A stretch of DNA of 64,000 nucleotides from an uncultured Candidatus Rokubacteria bacterium (lineage in GTDB: Bacteria > Methylomirabilota > Methylomirabilia > Rokubacteriales > CSP1-6). A program made the position numbers and the translations under genes. The stretch is taken from positions 672,001 to 736,000 of the forward strand of contig CAVWWD010000003.1 in the NCBI GenBank assembly GCA_963758635.1. The letters run 5' to 3'. The notes beneath the pieces were generated by a model that did not search any database, was not told the origin of the DNA, and saw only the letters and a program-made list of their open reading frames with translations. Positions 11,618 through 25,451 of this stretch are shown in pieces (the first letter of the stretch is position 1; every line of letters starts with the position of its first letter).

Positions 11618-12757
11618 TCAGCTCGGCTTGAGCCCGTGGACGCTGAAGGCGGCCACCGGACGCTGGAATCCCTTGAGGACCAGCGGGTCGATCGGCTCGG
11701 CCTCCACGATGGGCTCGATGCCCGCATACGCGCGCTGGTTGACGAGGATCTGCCCGCCGCGCGCCTCACCGCAGAGGCGGGCCGAGAGGTTGGTCACGGT
11801 GCCGATGGCGCCGTAGTCCCACCGCCCCTCGAAGCCGATGGCGCCGATGGTGGCGTAGCCCTGGGCGATGCCGATCCCCAGGTGCAGGTCGTAGCCCTGC
11901 TTCTGCCACTTCGTGGTCATCTCGCCCACGCGCTCGCGGATGGCCAGCGCCATGCGGACGGCGCGCTCAGCGGGGTTGGGCACGGGGACGGGATCGTTGA
12001 AGAAGATCATCATGCCGTCGCCGGTGAAGCGCTCGAGCGTGCCCTCGTGCTCGAGGATGAGCTTGCCGGTGGCGGCGTGGTACTCGCGGAGCACGCTCAT
12101 GACCTCCTCCGGCTCCGAGGTCTCGGCGAACGCCGTGAACCCGCGGAGGTCGAGGAAGACCACGGTGACTTCCCGCCGGTGGCTGCGGAGGGGATCCTCG
12201 GCGCCGCCCGAGACGATCAGCTCGGCGAGCTGCGGGGAGAAGAACCGCTTCAGGCGGCCGACCCGGTCGAGCTCGGACACCTGCTCCTGCACCCGCTTCT
12301 CCAGGGTGCGGTTGAGCTGGGCCAGCTCGGCGGCCTGCGCCTCGAGGCGGACGGCCTGCTCCTGCACGGTGTCGTGGAGCGTCTTGCTCCGGAGCATGGA
12401 CTTGACGCGCGCCACCAGCGCGGCCTGGTCGAGCGGCTTGGTCAGGTACTCGTCGCCGCCCGCGTCGAGGCCGGCCACGATGTCCTTGGTGTCAGCCTTC
12501 GCCGTCACCATGATGATGGGCATGAAGGGCAGCGCGGAGTCGGTCTTGAGGCGCTTGCAGACCTCGATGCCGTCGAGCTTGGGCATCATGATGTCGAGCA
12601 GGATCAGGTCGGGGAGCTGCTCGCGCGCCACGGTGAGGGCCTCCTCGCCGTCGACCGCGGTGACGATGTCGTAGCCGTGCACGGACAGCCGCGTCTGCAG
12701 GATGTCCAGGTTCATCGGGTTGTCGTCGACGATCAGGATGAGCGGAGGGGTGCGCAA
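11618..12757 (-). CDS. Response regulator with class III (adenylate/guanylate) cyclase output domain
   Basis: REC (LIVDD, LLDIMMP, KP) plus FLDLRGFT, GDG, IGTVTNLSARL; TTG start with GAGGAG RBS. Confidence 0.92.
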   Translation of the reverse strand: MRTPPLILIVDDNPMNLDILQTRLSVHGYDIVTAVDGEEALTVAREQLPDLILLDIMMPKLDGIEVCKRLKTDSALPFMPIIMVTAKADTKDIVAGLDAGGDEYLTKPLDQAALVARVKSMLRSKTLHDTVQEQAVRLEAQAAELAQLNRTLEKRVQEQVSELDRVGRLKRFFSPQLAELIVSGGAEDPLRSHRREVTVVFLDLRGFTAFAETSEPEEVMSVLREYHAATGKLILEHEGTLERFTGDGMMIFFNDPVPVPNPAERAVRMALAIRERVGEMTTKWQKQGYDLHLGIGIAQGYATIGAIGFEGRWDYGAIGTVTNLSARLCGEARGGQILVNQRAYAGIEPIVEAEPIDPLVLKGFQRPVAAFSVHGLKPS

Positions 12758-12780
12758 CGGATCTCCTCGGTTGCGGGCTA

Positions 12781-12859
12781 ACGCGAACTATTCATGAATG
12801 GGCCCACCGGACGCGCCGCTGGTCTCAAGGTCCGTCTCCATTCGCGAATGATGCGGGCC
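12781..12859. mobile_element. TA-flanked 79-bp MITE-like element in the stop codon of the receiver gene
   Basis: TA at 12779-80 and 12860-61; imperfect terminal inverted repeats with TATTCATGAAT / ATTCGCGAATG cores; a related end fragment CTAGCCTGGATTATT at 16276-16290. Confidence 0.5.
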
Positions 12860-13220
12860 TACGTCAGGAATTCACGGACCTTCGCCAGCAGCGCGCGCGG
12901 GCTGTAGGGCTTGGCGATGTAGGCGTCGCAGCCCGCCTCCATGGCCTTGTCCTCGTCGCCGGTGAGCGCGTACAACGTCACCGCGATCACGGGGATGCGG
13001 GCGAGGGCGGGATTGGCCTTGATCCGCCGTGTCGCCTCGTAGCCGTCGATCCCGGGGAGCTGGATGTCCATCAAGATGAGGTCGGGCACCTGGGCCTCGG
13101 CCTGGGCCACCGCGTCCTCCCCGTCGACGGCCTCGAGAACCTCGTAGCCCACGGCGGTCAGCAGGTCGTGCAGGATGCGGCGGTTGTCCTCCTGGTCGTC
13201 GATGGCGAGGATGCGCTTGC

Positions 13221-13224
<4 letters not shown>
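12859..13224 (-). CDS. Single-domain response regulator (DivK-like)
   Basis: SKRILAIDD, LILMDIQLPGIDG, IAKP; GTG start overlaps kinase stop. Confidence 0.92.
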
Positions 13225-16274
<3,050 letters not shown>

Positions 16275-16275
16275 T

Positions 16276-16434
16276 CTAGCCTGGATTATTAGGTGCGGGC
16301 GCCCGGGCTTCGCCCGCCCGCACCCTGCGCCAACCTCTCCGGGGTTCCACGGGTGGACTCGTCGGGACGGAAGCGCCGGTGCGGGGCCGCGGGCCCGGGC
16401 GGAGGTCCGCGGACGTCCAGACGGCCCTGCTCAT
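16276..16434 (-). other. 52-aa linker ORF between the two kinases (MSRAVWTSAD...NNPG)
   Basis: ATGA overlap with upstream kinase stop, TAG-A-ATG junction with downstream kinase; spans a REP-like palindrome. Confidence 0.4.
16292..16324. repeat. 33-bp REP-like palindrome GGTGCGGGC...GCCCGCACC
   Basis: Copies at 29991-30059 (tandem pair), 45765-45797, 60062-60094. Confidence 0.8.
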
Positions 16435-19373
16435 GCGCGGTGCCTCCGATCCACGTCCACCGGAATGTCGCGGGTCCGGCGCTCCACGCTCCGCGGCACG
16501 GTGAACGCGAACGTGGACCCCCGGCCGAGATCCGATTGCACCCACAGCCGCCCCCCGTGCATGGTGATGATGCGCCGGGCGATGGCGAGCCCGAGGCCGG
16601 TGCCGCCCACCTTGCGTGTGCTCGAGTCGTCCACCTGCTTGAACTCCTCGAAGATCGTCTCCTGGTCGCCGGTCGCGATGCCGGTGCCGGTGTCGGTCAC
16701 GGACACCGTGAACGCGTTGGCGTCCGCCGCCGCCTCGACGCGGATGCGCCCGGCGTCGGTGAACTTGATCGCGTTGCCCACGAGGTTCAGCAGGACCTGC
16801 GTGATGCGCCGCTCGTCCCCGCGCCCCGACGGCAGGTCGGGCGGGATGACGAACGAGAGCTCGAGCTGCTTCTCGGCGGCGAGCGACTCGACGGCCATGA
16901 ACACGCTCTGCATCACTTCCCGCATGGAGTACTCGCCGAGGTTGAGCGTCAGCTCGCCCGCCTCGATCTTCGACAGGTCCAGCACGTCGTTGATGAGGCC
17001 CAGGAGGTGGCGGCCGCTCTTGGCCACGCGCTCCAGGATGCCCCGGATCTTCTCGGGCAGCTCGCCGTAGGTCTCGTCGAGGATCAGCTCGGTGTAGCCC
17101 AGGATGGCGTTCATCGGCGTGCGGAGCTCGTGGCTCATGTTGGCCACGAACTGGCTCTTGGTCCGGTTCGCCATCTCGAGCTGTCGGTTCTTCTCCTCGA
17201 TGGCCTGGAACAAGCGGGCGTTGGCGATGGCCACGGCGGCGTGGAGCGCGAACGTCTGCACGAGCCGCACGGTGTGGGGCAGGATGGGCCGCCCGCTCGG
17301 CTTGTTGTCGCCGGCGAGCACGCCGACGGTGACCCCCCGGGCGATCATCGGCGCGACGAGGAGGCTCTTCGTGCGGATGGCGCGGATCTCCGAGTAGGGG
17401 GGGCGCAGGCGCAGCTCGGGGGGCAGGGGGTTGGCCTCGTTGTAGAGGAGCGGGAGGCCCTCGAGGTAGGCCTTGAACATCACCCCGGCCTCGGGGAGGG
17501 GAATCTCCGCCCCGTCGAAGTCCTTCGACTCGTCGGCGGCGAAGCCGGCCCCGGCCAGGTTCACCAGGCGGTCGGCCTCGGGGCTTACCGCCCAGATGTA
17601 GATCCGGTCGAGGAGCCCCATCTGGCTCGCGCCCTCGAGGACGCGATGGAGCTGCTCGCGGAGCGATAGCGGCTCCTGGAGCGAGGTGGACAGCGTGTAG
17701 AGCTGCTCCATGTTCCGGGACAGCTCCTCGAGACGGCTCTGCTGACTCCGCACCTCGTCGAACAGACGCGCGTTGTCCACGGCCACCTTCGACTGGTTGG
17801 CGAGGGCCACGAGGAGCTTGACCACGCGCTCGTCGAACCGGCCGGGCGCGCGCCGGAACACCACCACGCCGCGGTTGAGGTTGTCGCCGGGGATGGGCGC
17901 GGCGAGGAGCGAGCGGAGCCCCTCGCGCAGGCTCACGTCGCGGACCACGAAGTTCGGCGCCAGCTCGAAGTCGGCGATCTGGAACGGATGGCCGCTCTCG
18001 TACGCGCGCCGGAGAACGCCCTCCTCGGTGTTCACCGGCGTCCGCCGCATCCCCTCGAGGAACGCGGGGCTCAGGTTCTCGCTTGCCAGGTCCAGGAAGG
18101 TCCCGCTCGACCCGCGGTACTCCACGACCATGCCGGCGTCCGCGCCGGACAGCTGCATGGCGTGGCGGATGACGGTGGCGAGGACGTGCTTGAGGTCCAG
18201 CGACGAGCTGACGGCCTGCCCGACCTCGCTGAGCGCGCGCACCTCGTCGAGGGAGCGGGCGAGATCGTGCGTCTTGCCCTCGAGCTCCTCGAACAGGCGC
18301 GCGTTGTCGATGGCGATGGCCGCCTGGTCGGCGAAGATCTTCGACAGCTCGACCTGCCGGTCGGTGAACGGCTGCACGGCCTCGCGCCGGAGCATGATGG
18401 CGCCGGTGGGCACGCCCTCCCGCAGGAGGGGCACGGCGAGCAGCGTGTGGAGCCCGAGGTCGCGGTGGTAGGCGTTGCCCTCGGCGTACTCGCCGGGGGG
18501 TTCGGCGGTGAGGTCGTGCACGTGGATGGGCCGCCGCTCCGCCACCGCCCGGCCCGTCACCGTGCCCCGCGAGGCGGGCAGCACGGCGGGCGTCGGGAGC
18601 GCGCCGACGCCGGCCACCGGACGCAGCACCGTCGCCTCGAGGCGGAACACCACGGCGTCGCGGGCCCCGCACAGACGCGCGGCGTCCCGCGCCACCGCGT
18701 CGAGGACGCGCCGCGCGTCGGTGGGCGCGCTCGACAGGGCGTGGAGGATCTCGCTGGTCGCGGTCTCGCGCTCGAGGGCCTCCGCGAGCTCGCGAGTCTG
18801 GCGCTCAATGGTGCGCCGGTCGTCGATGATCCGCCGGGCCTGGCGCCGGATGAGGAGCGCGAACACGCCGCAGTACACGATGATGCCGGCGATCGAGAGC
18901 CCGGTGGTGAGCGGGCTCGCCTCGGGCTGCACGGTGAACCCGATGATCGCGCCCATGAGGCCGGCGCCGGCGGCGAGCGCGCCGACGCCGCCCGCGGCGA
19001 GGGGCAGCCCCCCGATGCTCAGGAGCGCGATCGTGAGCCCGAGGGCGAACGCCACCGACGGCCAGAGGCTGAAGGCGGCCTGGACGATCCAGCTTCCCGC
19101 GATGAAGCCGTCGACCAGGACGTGGAGGTGCTCGGCGCGGCGGGAGTCGCGGCTCGCGCGGGAGATGGCGAAGGCGACGTGGGGCCAGAGGAGGCCCTGG
19201 GCGAGGAGCGCCATCCACAGGGGCGCGCTCGCTCCGCGCTCGTAGAACACGGAGGACATGATCACCACCATCACCGCGTGGCCGACGGTGCGGATCCGGT
19301 AGTCGAGAAAGACGATCGGATGAATGGGCGTTGCGGTCGGAGCCACCGGCTGAGGGGTGTCCACGCGCTCCAA
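16431..19373 (-). CDS. MASE2-like membrane domain + three GAF domains sensor histidine kinase
   Basis: Hydrophobic N-terminus (LLWPHVAF...RAEH..VLVDG), repeated GAF ends (AIAIDNARLF), H-box ANMSHELRTP, HATPase_c. Confidence 0.92.
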   Translation of the reverse strand: MERVDTPQPVAPTATPIHPIVFLDYRIRTVGHAVMVVIMSSVFYERGASAPLWMALLAQGLLWPHVAFAISRASRDSRRAEHLHVLVDGFIAGSWIVQAAFSLWPSVAFALGLTIALLSIGGLPLAAGGVGALAAGAGLMGAIIGFTVQPEASPLTTGLSIAGIIVYCGVFALLIRRQARRIIDDRRTIERQTRELAEALERETATSEILHALSSAPTDARRVLDAVARDAARLCGARDAVVFRLEATVLRPVAGVGALPTPAVLPASRGTVTGRAVAERRPIHVHDLTAEPPGEYAEGNAYHRDLGLHTLLAVPLLREGVPTGAIMLRREAVQPFTDRQVELSKIFADQAAIAIDNARLFEELEGKTHDLARSLDEVRALSEVGQAVSSSLDLKHVLATVIRHAMQLSGADAGMVVEYRGSSGTFLDLASENLSPAFLEGMRRTPVNTEEGVLRRAYESGHPFQIADFELAPNFVVRDVSLREGLRSLLAAPIPGDNLNRGVVVFRRAPGRFDERVVKLLVALANQSKVAVDNARLFDEVRSQQSRLEELSRNMEQLYTLSTSLQEPLSLREQLHRVLEGASQMGLLDRIYIWAVSPEADRLVNLAGAGFAADESKDFDGAEIPLPEAGVMFKAYLEGLPLLYNEANPLPPELRLRPPYSEIRAIRTKSLLVAPMIARGVTVGVLAGDNKPSGRPILPHTVRLVQTFALHAAVAIANARLFQAIEEKNRQLEMANRTKSQFVANMSHELRTPMNAILGYTELILDETYGELPEKIRGILERVAKSGRHLLGLINDVLDLSKIEAGELTLNLGEYSMREVMQSVFMAVESLAAEKQLELSFVIPPDLPSGRGDERRITQVLLNLVGNAIKFTDAGRIRVEAAADANAFTVSVTDTGTGIATGDQETIFEEFKQVDDSSTRKVGGTGLGLAIARRIITMHGGRLWVQSDLGRGSTFAFTVPRSVERRTRDIPVDVDRRHRA

Positions 19374-19438
19374 TCCAGGGCCGCTCGCTCCCCCGTCGGA
19401 GGGTTCCGGCCGGGCGCGGGAGCGGCGGCTCAGGCGGC

Positions 19439-19467
19439 AGTGTAAGGGCCGAGGGGGGGAGTGTCAA
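19439..19467 (-). promoter_or_regulatory. Putative sigma70 promoter of kinase/cyclase cluster
   Basis: TTGACA-17 nt-TACACT. Confidence 0.7.
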
Positions 19468-19537
19468 CGTCTCGAAGAATATGCCCGTTCCGGGCTTCGG
19501 GCGACCCCCGGCCGGCCCCGTCGGGCGGGCTTCCGGG

Positions 19538-20896
<1,359 letters not shown>

Positions 20897-20904
20897 GAGG
20901 CGCC

Positions 20905-23142
20905 TCAGGCCTGCACGGCGGTCGCGGCGAGGCGGCCGGCGGGCAGCTCGATGACGAAGCGGCTGCCCTGGGGGGCGTTGTCCTCCAGCCAGATCGTGCC
21001 GCCGTGGTCGGTGACGATCTGGTGCACGATGGGCAGGCCGAGCCCCATGCCCGTCGCCTTCGTCGAGAAGTACGGGAGGAAGAGCCGCTCGCGGTCCTCG
21101 GGGGAGATGCCGGGCCCGGTGTCGGCCACCACGATGCGGGCGCGGCGGGAGTCGGGCAGCCACACCGTCTCCACCAGCACCTCGCCGGCCGGGCCCACGG
21201 CCTCGACGGCGTTGTCGACCAGGTTGAGCACGGCCCGGCGGAGCTGGTTCGGGTCGACCTCGACCTGCGGCACGTCGGGCGAGAACACCGAGCGGATCGA
21301 CAGCGCGGGGTGCGACTCCCGGTACAGGACGAGCACGGCGTCGAGGAGCCGCGCGAGGTCGGTGGGCCGGAGCGAGAGCGCGGGCATGCGCGCGAAGCGC
21401 GAGAACTCGTCCACGAGCTGCTTGAGGCCGTCCACCTCCTGGATGATCGTGGCCGTCGCCTCCTCGAGGAGGCGCTTCTCGTCGGGGCGGCGGTCGCCGC
21501 CCAGGCGCCGGCGCAGGCGCTGCGCGGAGAGCTGGATGGGGGTGAGCGGGTTCTTGATCTCGTGGGCGATGCGCTGCGCCACCTCGCGCCACGCGGCGAG
21601 CCGCTGGGCCTTGAGCAGCTCGGTGAGGTCGTCGAACACGAGGACCATGCCCATGGGCGCGCCGTCCGGTCCCTTGAGCGTGGTGGCGGAGGCGAGGAGG
21701 GTGATGGCCTGGCCGTCGCGGCGCAGGTGCACCTCGCGCTCGACCGTCCCCTCGCGCACGCGCGCCATGCGCTGGATGAGGGCGACGATGTCCGCGTGCT
21801 CCGGCCCGCGGAACACCGTCGTGTCGGGCTGGCCCTCGGCGGCGCGCGCGGGGACGCCGAGCATCCGCTCCGCCGCGCTGTTCACCGTGCTCACGCGGCC
21901 GGCCGCGTCCAGGGAGACCACGCCGGTGGCCACCGCCTCGAGCACGGTCTCGGTGTAGCGGCGCCGCTGCTCCATCTCGCTGTGCTTGGCCTGCAGGTCG
22001 AGGTACGCCTCCTCGAGCTTGGTCTTCGACGAGGCGAGGTCGCCCGTCATCCGGTTGAAGGACTCGACGAGGACGCCGATCTCGTCGTCCGCGCGCACCT
22101 GCACCTTGTAGTTCAGGTTCCCCGCCGACACCTCGCGCGTGCCCTCGGCGAGCATCTGGATGGGCTCGGTGATGCCGCGCGCCAGGTAGAGGCCGAACCA
22201 GGTGGCGGAGAACACGATGATCAGCGTCATCAGCATGAACAGCAGGATGTAGATGCCCTTGATCGGCGTCTTCAGGAGCTTGAGCTGCTTGTACTCCTGG
22301 AAGGCCTGGCTGATGCCGCGCAGCCGGGCTTCCAGGCGCTGGCTCACGTGGATGCCGACCACGACGACCCCGACCACCTCGCGGGCGGCGTTCCGGATGG
22401 GCACCACCGCCTGGATGAGGTCGCCGATCTCCATCTCGTTGACGGTGGTGATCTCCTGGCCGGCGAGACCCTGGACCACGCGGTCGCGGTGCAGCGGGCG
22501 CGCGGGCAGACCGGCGAGCGCGGGGTCGGCGACGTGAGCCTGCTCCTGTCCGCCCCGGCCGAAGATGGTGATCGCGGAGAGCCCGAGCCGGTCCCGCTGC
22601 TCGGCGAGGAAGGCGACGAGGGCGGAGCGGTTCCCGACGACGAGGAGCCCGTCGTGGTCGGTCACGCGCGCGATGTAGCGGCCGTGGCGCACCGCCGTGG
22701 TCTCGAGGGTCTGGTAGTAGGCCTGCGCCACCTCGAGGGCCTGGTCCAGGGGGCGCTCGACCTGGGGCTTGAACCACCCCTCGATCGACTTGGTGATGAA
22801 GTTCGAGGCCACGATGAAGATGAGCAGGCCCGGGGTCAGGGCCAGGAACAGGAAGGCGAGGACGAGCTTCGCCTTGAAGCGCGACCCGATCACCTTCTGG
22901 CGCCGCTCGAACGAGAGCTTCACGAGGTTTCTGAACAGCAGGACGAGGAGCAGGAGGAAGACGATCAGGTTGAGGTTGAGCAGGGCCAGGACGAGCAGGT
23001 TCGACGCGACGGGGATCTGCGGGGTGCGGACGCCCACCTCGAACACGGTGGCGACGACGAGGAGGACGAGGATCCCGCTGATGATCAGCAGGTTCCGCTT
23101 GCGCCGGCCCTGCTCCCCGTGCTCGTCGTGCGTGAGCGGCAT
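20905..23142 (-). CDS. HAMP/PAS sensor histidine kinase, NtrY-like
   Basis: AAWREVAQRIAHEIKNPLTPIQLSAQRL, TM helices, HAMP, PAS, YFSTKATGMGLGL. Confidence 0.93.
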   Translation of the reverse strand: MPLTHDEHGEQGRRKRNLLIISGILVLLVVATVFEVGVRTPQIPVASNLLVLALLNLNLIVFLLLLVLLFRNLVKLSFERRQKVIGSRFKAKLVLAFLFLALTPGLLIFIVASNFITKSIEGWFKPQVERPLDQALEVAQAYYQTLETTAVRHGRYIARVTDHDGLLVVGNRSALVAFLAEQRDRLGLSAITIFGRGGQEQAHVADPALAGLPARPLHRDRVVQGLAGQEITTVNEMEIGDLIQAVVPIRNAAREVVGVVVVGIHVSQRLEARLRGISQAFQEYKQLKLLKTPIKGIYILLFMLMTLIIVFSATWFGLYLARGITEPIQMLAEGTREVSAGNLNYKVQVRADDEIGVLVESFNRMTGDLASSKTKLEEAYLDLQAKHSEMEQRRRYTETVLEAVATGVVSLDAAGRVSTVNSAAERMLGVPARAAEGQPDTTVFRGPEHADIVALIQRMARVREGTVEREVHLRRDGQAITLLASATTLKGPDGAPMGMVLVFDDLTELLKAQRLAAWREVAQRIAHEIKNPLTPIQLSAQRLRRRLGGDRRPDEKRLLEEATATIIQEVDGLKQLVDEFSRFARMPALSLRPTDLARLLDAVLVLYRESHPALSIRSVFSPDVPQVEVDPNQLRRAVLNLVDNAVEAVGPAGEVLVETVWLPDSRRARIVVADTGPGISPEDRERLFLPYFSTKATGMGLGLPIVHQIVTDHGGTIWLEDNAPQGSRFVIELPAGRLAATAVQA

Positions 23143-23741
23143 CACTGGCTCCGGAGCGGCGTGATGAGGCTCGACTGGAACCACGGCGTCTCGGCGGCGT
23201 CGCCGGCCACGCGGGCCACCCACGAGTTGATCCCGTTCAGCGACACGTCGGCGCGCACCCGGACGTAGAAGAGCTCGTTCTGGTCCAGGGAGCTGGCGGG
23301 CGCGAGCTTCGCCACCCGCAGCTCGGAGACCACGCGCTGGGCCTCGCGCAGGCTCTTGGTGACGTAGGGCTCGCGCTGCTCCCCGGCGAGCGACGCCACC
23401 TTGTACTCCTTGGTCAGCACGTTGTAGGTGATCTGCCGCTCCACTGTCCGCGTCTGCAGCCGCCGCTCGATCCAGACCCGACTGTACTGCCAGAGCTCCA
23501 CGATGAACCGGAGGTGCGTGGGGACGCCGCTGTGGAGGCTCTCGGAGAGCGAGGGGGGCACGGCGCCCAGCAGCACCACGTTGACCGTGACGTCGAGATC
23601 GTTCAGGAAGACCGAGACGTTGCTGATCCGGAGCTGGGCCTCGGCCGGGGCCGGGAACACGAGCCCCACCCAGAAACCGATGACCAGGCCCGGCAGGACC
23701 CAGGAGCGCGCGTGCCTCGGGAGCGACCGTCGGATAGCCAC
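23142..23741 (-). CDS. DUF4390 domain exported protein
   Basis: Signal-peptide-like N-terminus, SLHSGVP...ITYNVLTKEY pattern, typical position before ntrY-like gene. Confidence 0.8.
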   Translation of the reverse strand: MAIRRSLPRHARSWVLPGLVIGFWVGLVFPAPAEAQLRISNVSVFLNDLDVTVNVVLLGAVPPSLSESLHSGVPTHLRFIVELWQYSRVWIERRLQTRTVERQITYNVLTKEYKVASLAGEQREPYVTKSLREAQRVVSELRVAKLAPASSLDQNELFYVRVRADVSLNGINSWVARVAGDAAETPWFQSSLITPLRSQ

Positions 23742-23855
23742 GACCGGCCCATTATAGATGCACCCGAGACCGTGGTATGGGCCAAGACGATCGGCACCGC
23801 CCGGCGCCGGCGATCGCGGCGCATCGGGGGCGGGCGGGCCGGCTCCCGGGATCTA

Positions 23856-23934
23856 ATGAGCCTCGCGCATCAGACTAATGCCGAGCGGTGGGACTATAGG
23901 GGCCCGTGGCGTTACCGTATTCTGCGAGGGTCAC
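23856..23934. mobile_element. 80-bp MITE-like element family A, copy 1 (79 bp)
   Basis: TGAGCCTCGC...GCGAGGGTCA terminal inverted repeats; near-identical copies at 31998, 48393, 48475. Confidence 0.85.
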
Positions 23935-23937
23935 AGA

Positions 23938-24840
23938 CTAGAGGGCGGGGACGCTCTCCGGAGTGGAGCGCGCGGTCGTGGCCGTGGCGTTCCCGCGGGC
24001 GCGCGTCCGGCGGCGTTCCGCGGCGCGGGCATCGTTGATCGCGACCAGGAGCTTGTGGTTCAGCGCGTGACCGCCGTTCCGGGCGATCACGTGGCCGACC
24101 AGCGGGCGGCCGAGGAGCAGGAGGTCGCCGATCAGGTCGAGGACCTTGTGGCGGACGAACTCGTCGGTGAAGCGGAGCGCGTCGTTGAGGACGGTGCGCT
24201 TGCCCACGACGACGGCGTTGTCCAGCGAGCCGCCGAGCCCAAGCCCGTTCTTCCGCATCGCGCCCATATCGCGCAGGAAGCCGTAGGTCCGGGCCGGGGC
24301 GATCTCGTCCGCGAAGACCTCCTCGGAGAGGACGAACGAGGTGGCCTGGAGCCCGATCGCCGGGTGGTCGTGATCCAGGGTGTAGCTGATCCGGAAGCTT
24401 TCCGCGGGCACGACCTGGATCCAGCGCGTCCCGTCCTCGACGCGAATCGTCTGGTCGATGACCAGGGGCTTGCGCGCCGCGGGCAGCGTGAGCTGGCCCG
24501 CCAACGCGAGCAGATCGACGAAGGGCTTGGAGCTGCCGTCCATCGCGGGCAGTTCGCCGCCGCTCACGTCCACGAGGAGGTTGTCGATGCCGAGGCCGGC
24601 CGCGGCCGCCATGAGGTGCTCGATCGTCCGCACCTTGACGCCGAAGGCGCCGACCGTCGTGGCGAAGTGGGAGTCGACCACGTGGTCGATGGTCGCGGGG
24701 ATCAGCGTGCCGTCCGGCGCCCGGAGCAGGATGCCGGTGTCCGCGGCCGCCGGGGAGAGCCTCAGCTTGACCACTTCCCCGGAGTGGAGCCCGACGCCTT
24801 CCGTGCTGACCGACCGCCTGATCGTACGCTGGTTGCTCAT
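23938..24840 (-). CDS. lpxC: UDP-3-O-acyl-N-acetylglucosamine deacetylase
   Basis: QRTI, GVGLHSG, TIEHLMAA, MDGSS, IAPARTYGF, FVRHKVLDLIGDL, GH..N. Confidence 0.97.
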   Translation of the reverse strand: MSNQRTIRRSVSTEGVGLHSGEVVKLRLSPAAADTGILLRAPDGTLIPATIDHVVDSHFATTVGAFGVKVRTIEHLMAAAAGLGIDNLLVDVSGGELPAMDGSSKPFVDLLALAGQLTLPAARKPLVIDQTIRVEDGTRWIQVVPAESFRISYTLDHDHPAIGLQATSFVLSEEVFADEIAPARTYGFLRDMGAMRKNGLGLGGSLDNAVVVGKRTVLNDALRFTDEFVRHKVLDLIGDLLLLGRPLVGHVIARNGGHALNHKLLVAINDARAAERRRTRARGNATATTARSTPESVPAL

Positions 24841-24858
24841 CGCCAGGCAGAGATGCTA

Positions 24859-24874
24859 AGCAATCCAGGTTCCA
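24859..24874 (-). promoter_or_regulatory. Putative sigma54 -24/-12 promoter of lpxC
   Basis: TGGAAC-CTGGA-TTGCT (GG-N10-GC); IHF-like AATCATAATGTTA at 24892-24904 upstream. Confidence 0.7.
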
Positions 24875-24948
24875 TGGCGATGGATGATCATTAACATTAT
24901 GATTCAGAAGCCTTTCATCATCGTACGGGCCAAGATCACGACGGGACA

Positions 24949-24998
24949 GTCTCAGGAATGAGACACGGAGGCCGGTGGCCGCGTCTCATTTCGGCACA
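24949..24998. promoter_or_regulatory. Putative upstream activator sites for a sigma54 enhancer-binding protein
   Basis: Perfect palindrome GTCTCA-GGAA-TGAGAC (24949-24964) and second half-site GTCTCA at 24983. Confidence 0.6.
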
Positions 24999-25007
24999 AT
25001 TGCATGG

Positions 25008-25451
25008 TCAGGTCTCGAAGAGCACACGAGCCTCGGTGGCTCCTTCGTCGACGACGACCTCAGCCCCATCGGGTGAGGCGGCCCGGAGGGCGAGCTTCAC
25101 GACGTGGCGGGCCGGATCGACCTCCTCGCCGTGGAGCAGCCCGTGGATCCGGAAGGGTTCACCCCCCGGCCGGGGCAGAGGCTCGACCGGGGACACCTCG
25201 ACCCGGCACGCGACGAAGCCCTCCACCTCGTGCACGTACAGGCACTCGTTGAGCCAGTTCACGAGGAGCCGCTCGAGGCTCCCCGCGTGCGCCCGGACCT
25301 CCCGCACGTCTCGCTCCTGGACGTGGTCGGGCTCGACGATCAGGGAAAACATCCCCACGGTGGCCCGCGCGAAGGCTTCGGCGAGGGACGACCCCCGCGC
25401 CCTCACCCCGACCTCCGATCCGGACGAGAAGGGCTCGAATCCCTCGTTCAC
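25008..25451 (-). CDS. Archease-family protein, divergent
   Basis: VGVRARG.SLAEAF, LERLLVNWLNECLY, GEEVDPARH pattern. Confidence 0.8.
   Translation of the reverse strand: MNEGFEPFSSGSEVGVRARGSSLAEAFARATVGMFSLIVEPDHVQERDVREVRAHAGSLERLLVNWLNECLYVHEVEGFVACRVEVSPVEPLPRPGGEPFRIHGLLHGEEVDPARHVVKLALRAASPDGAEVVVDEGATEARVLFET

Noticed and set aside
24990..25005. Plus-strand sigma54 promoter (CGGCACAATTGCA)
   Set aside because: GG-to-GC spacing too short and no plus-strand gene follows
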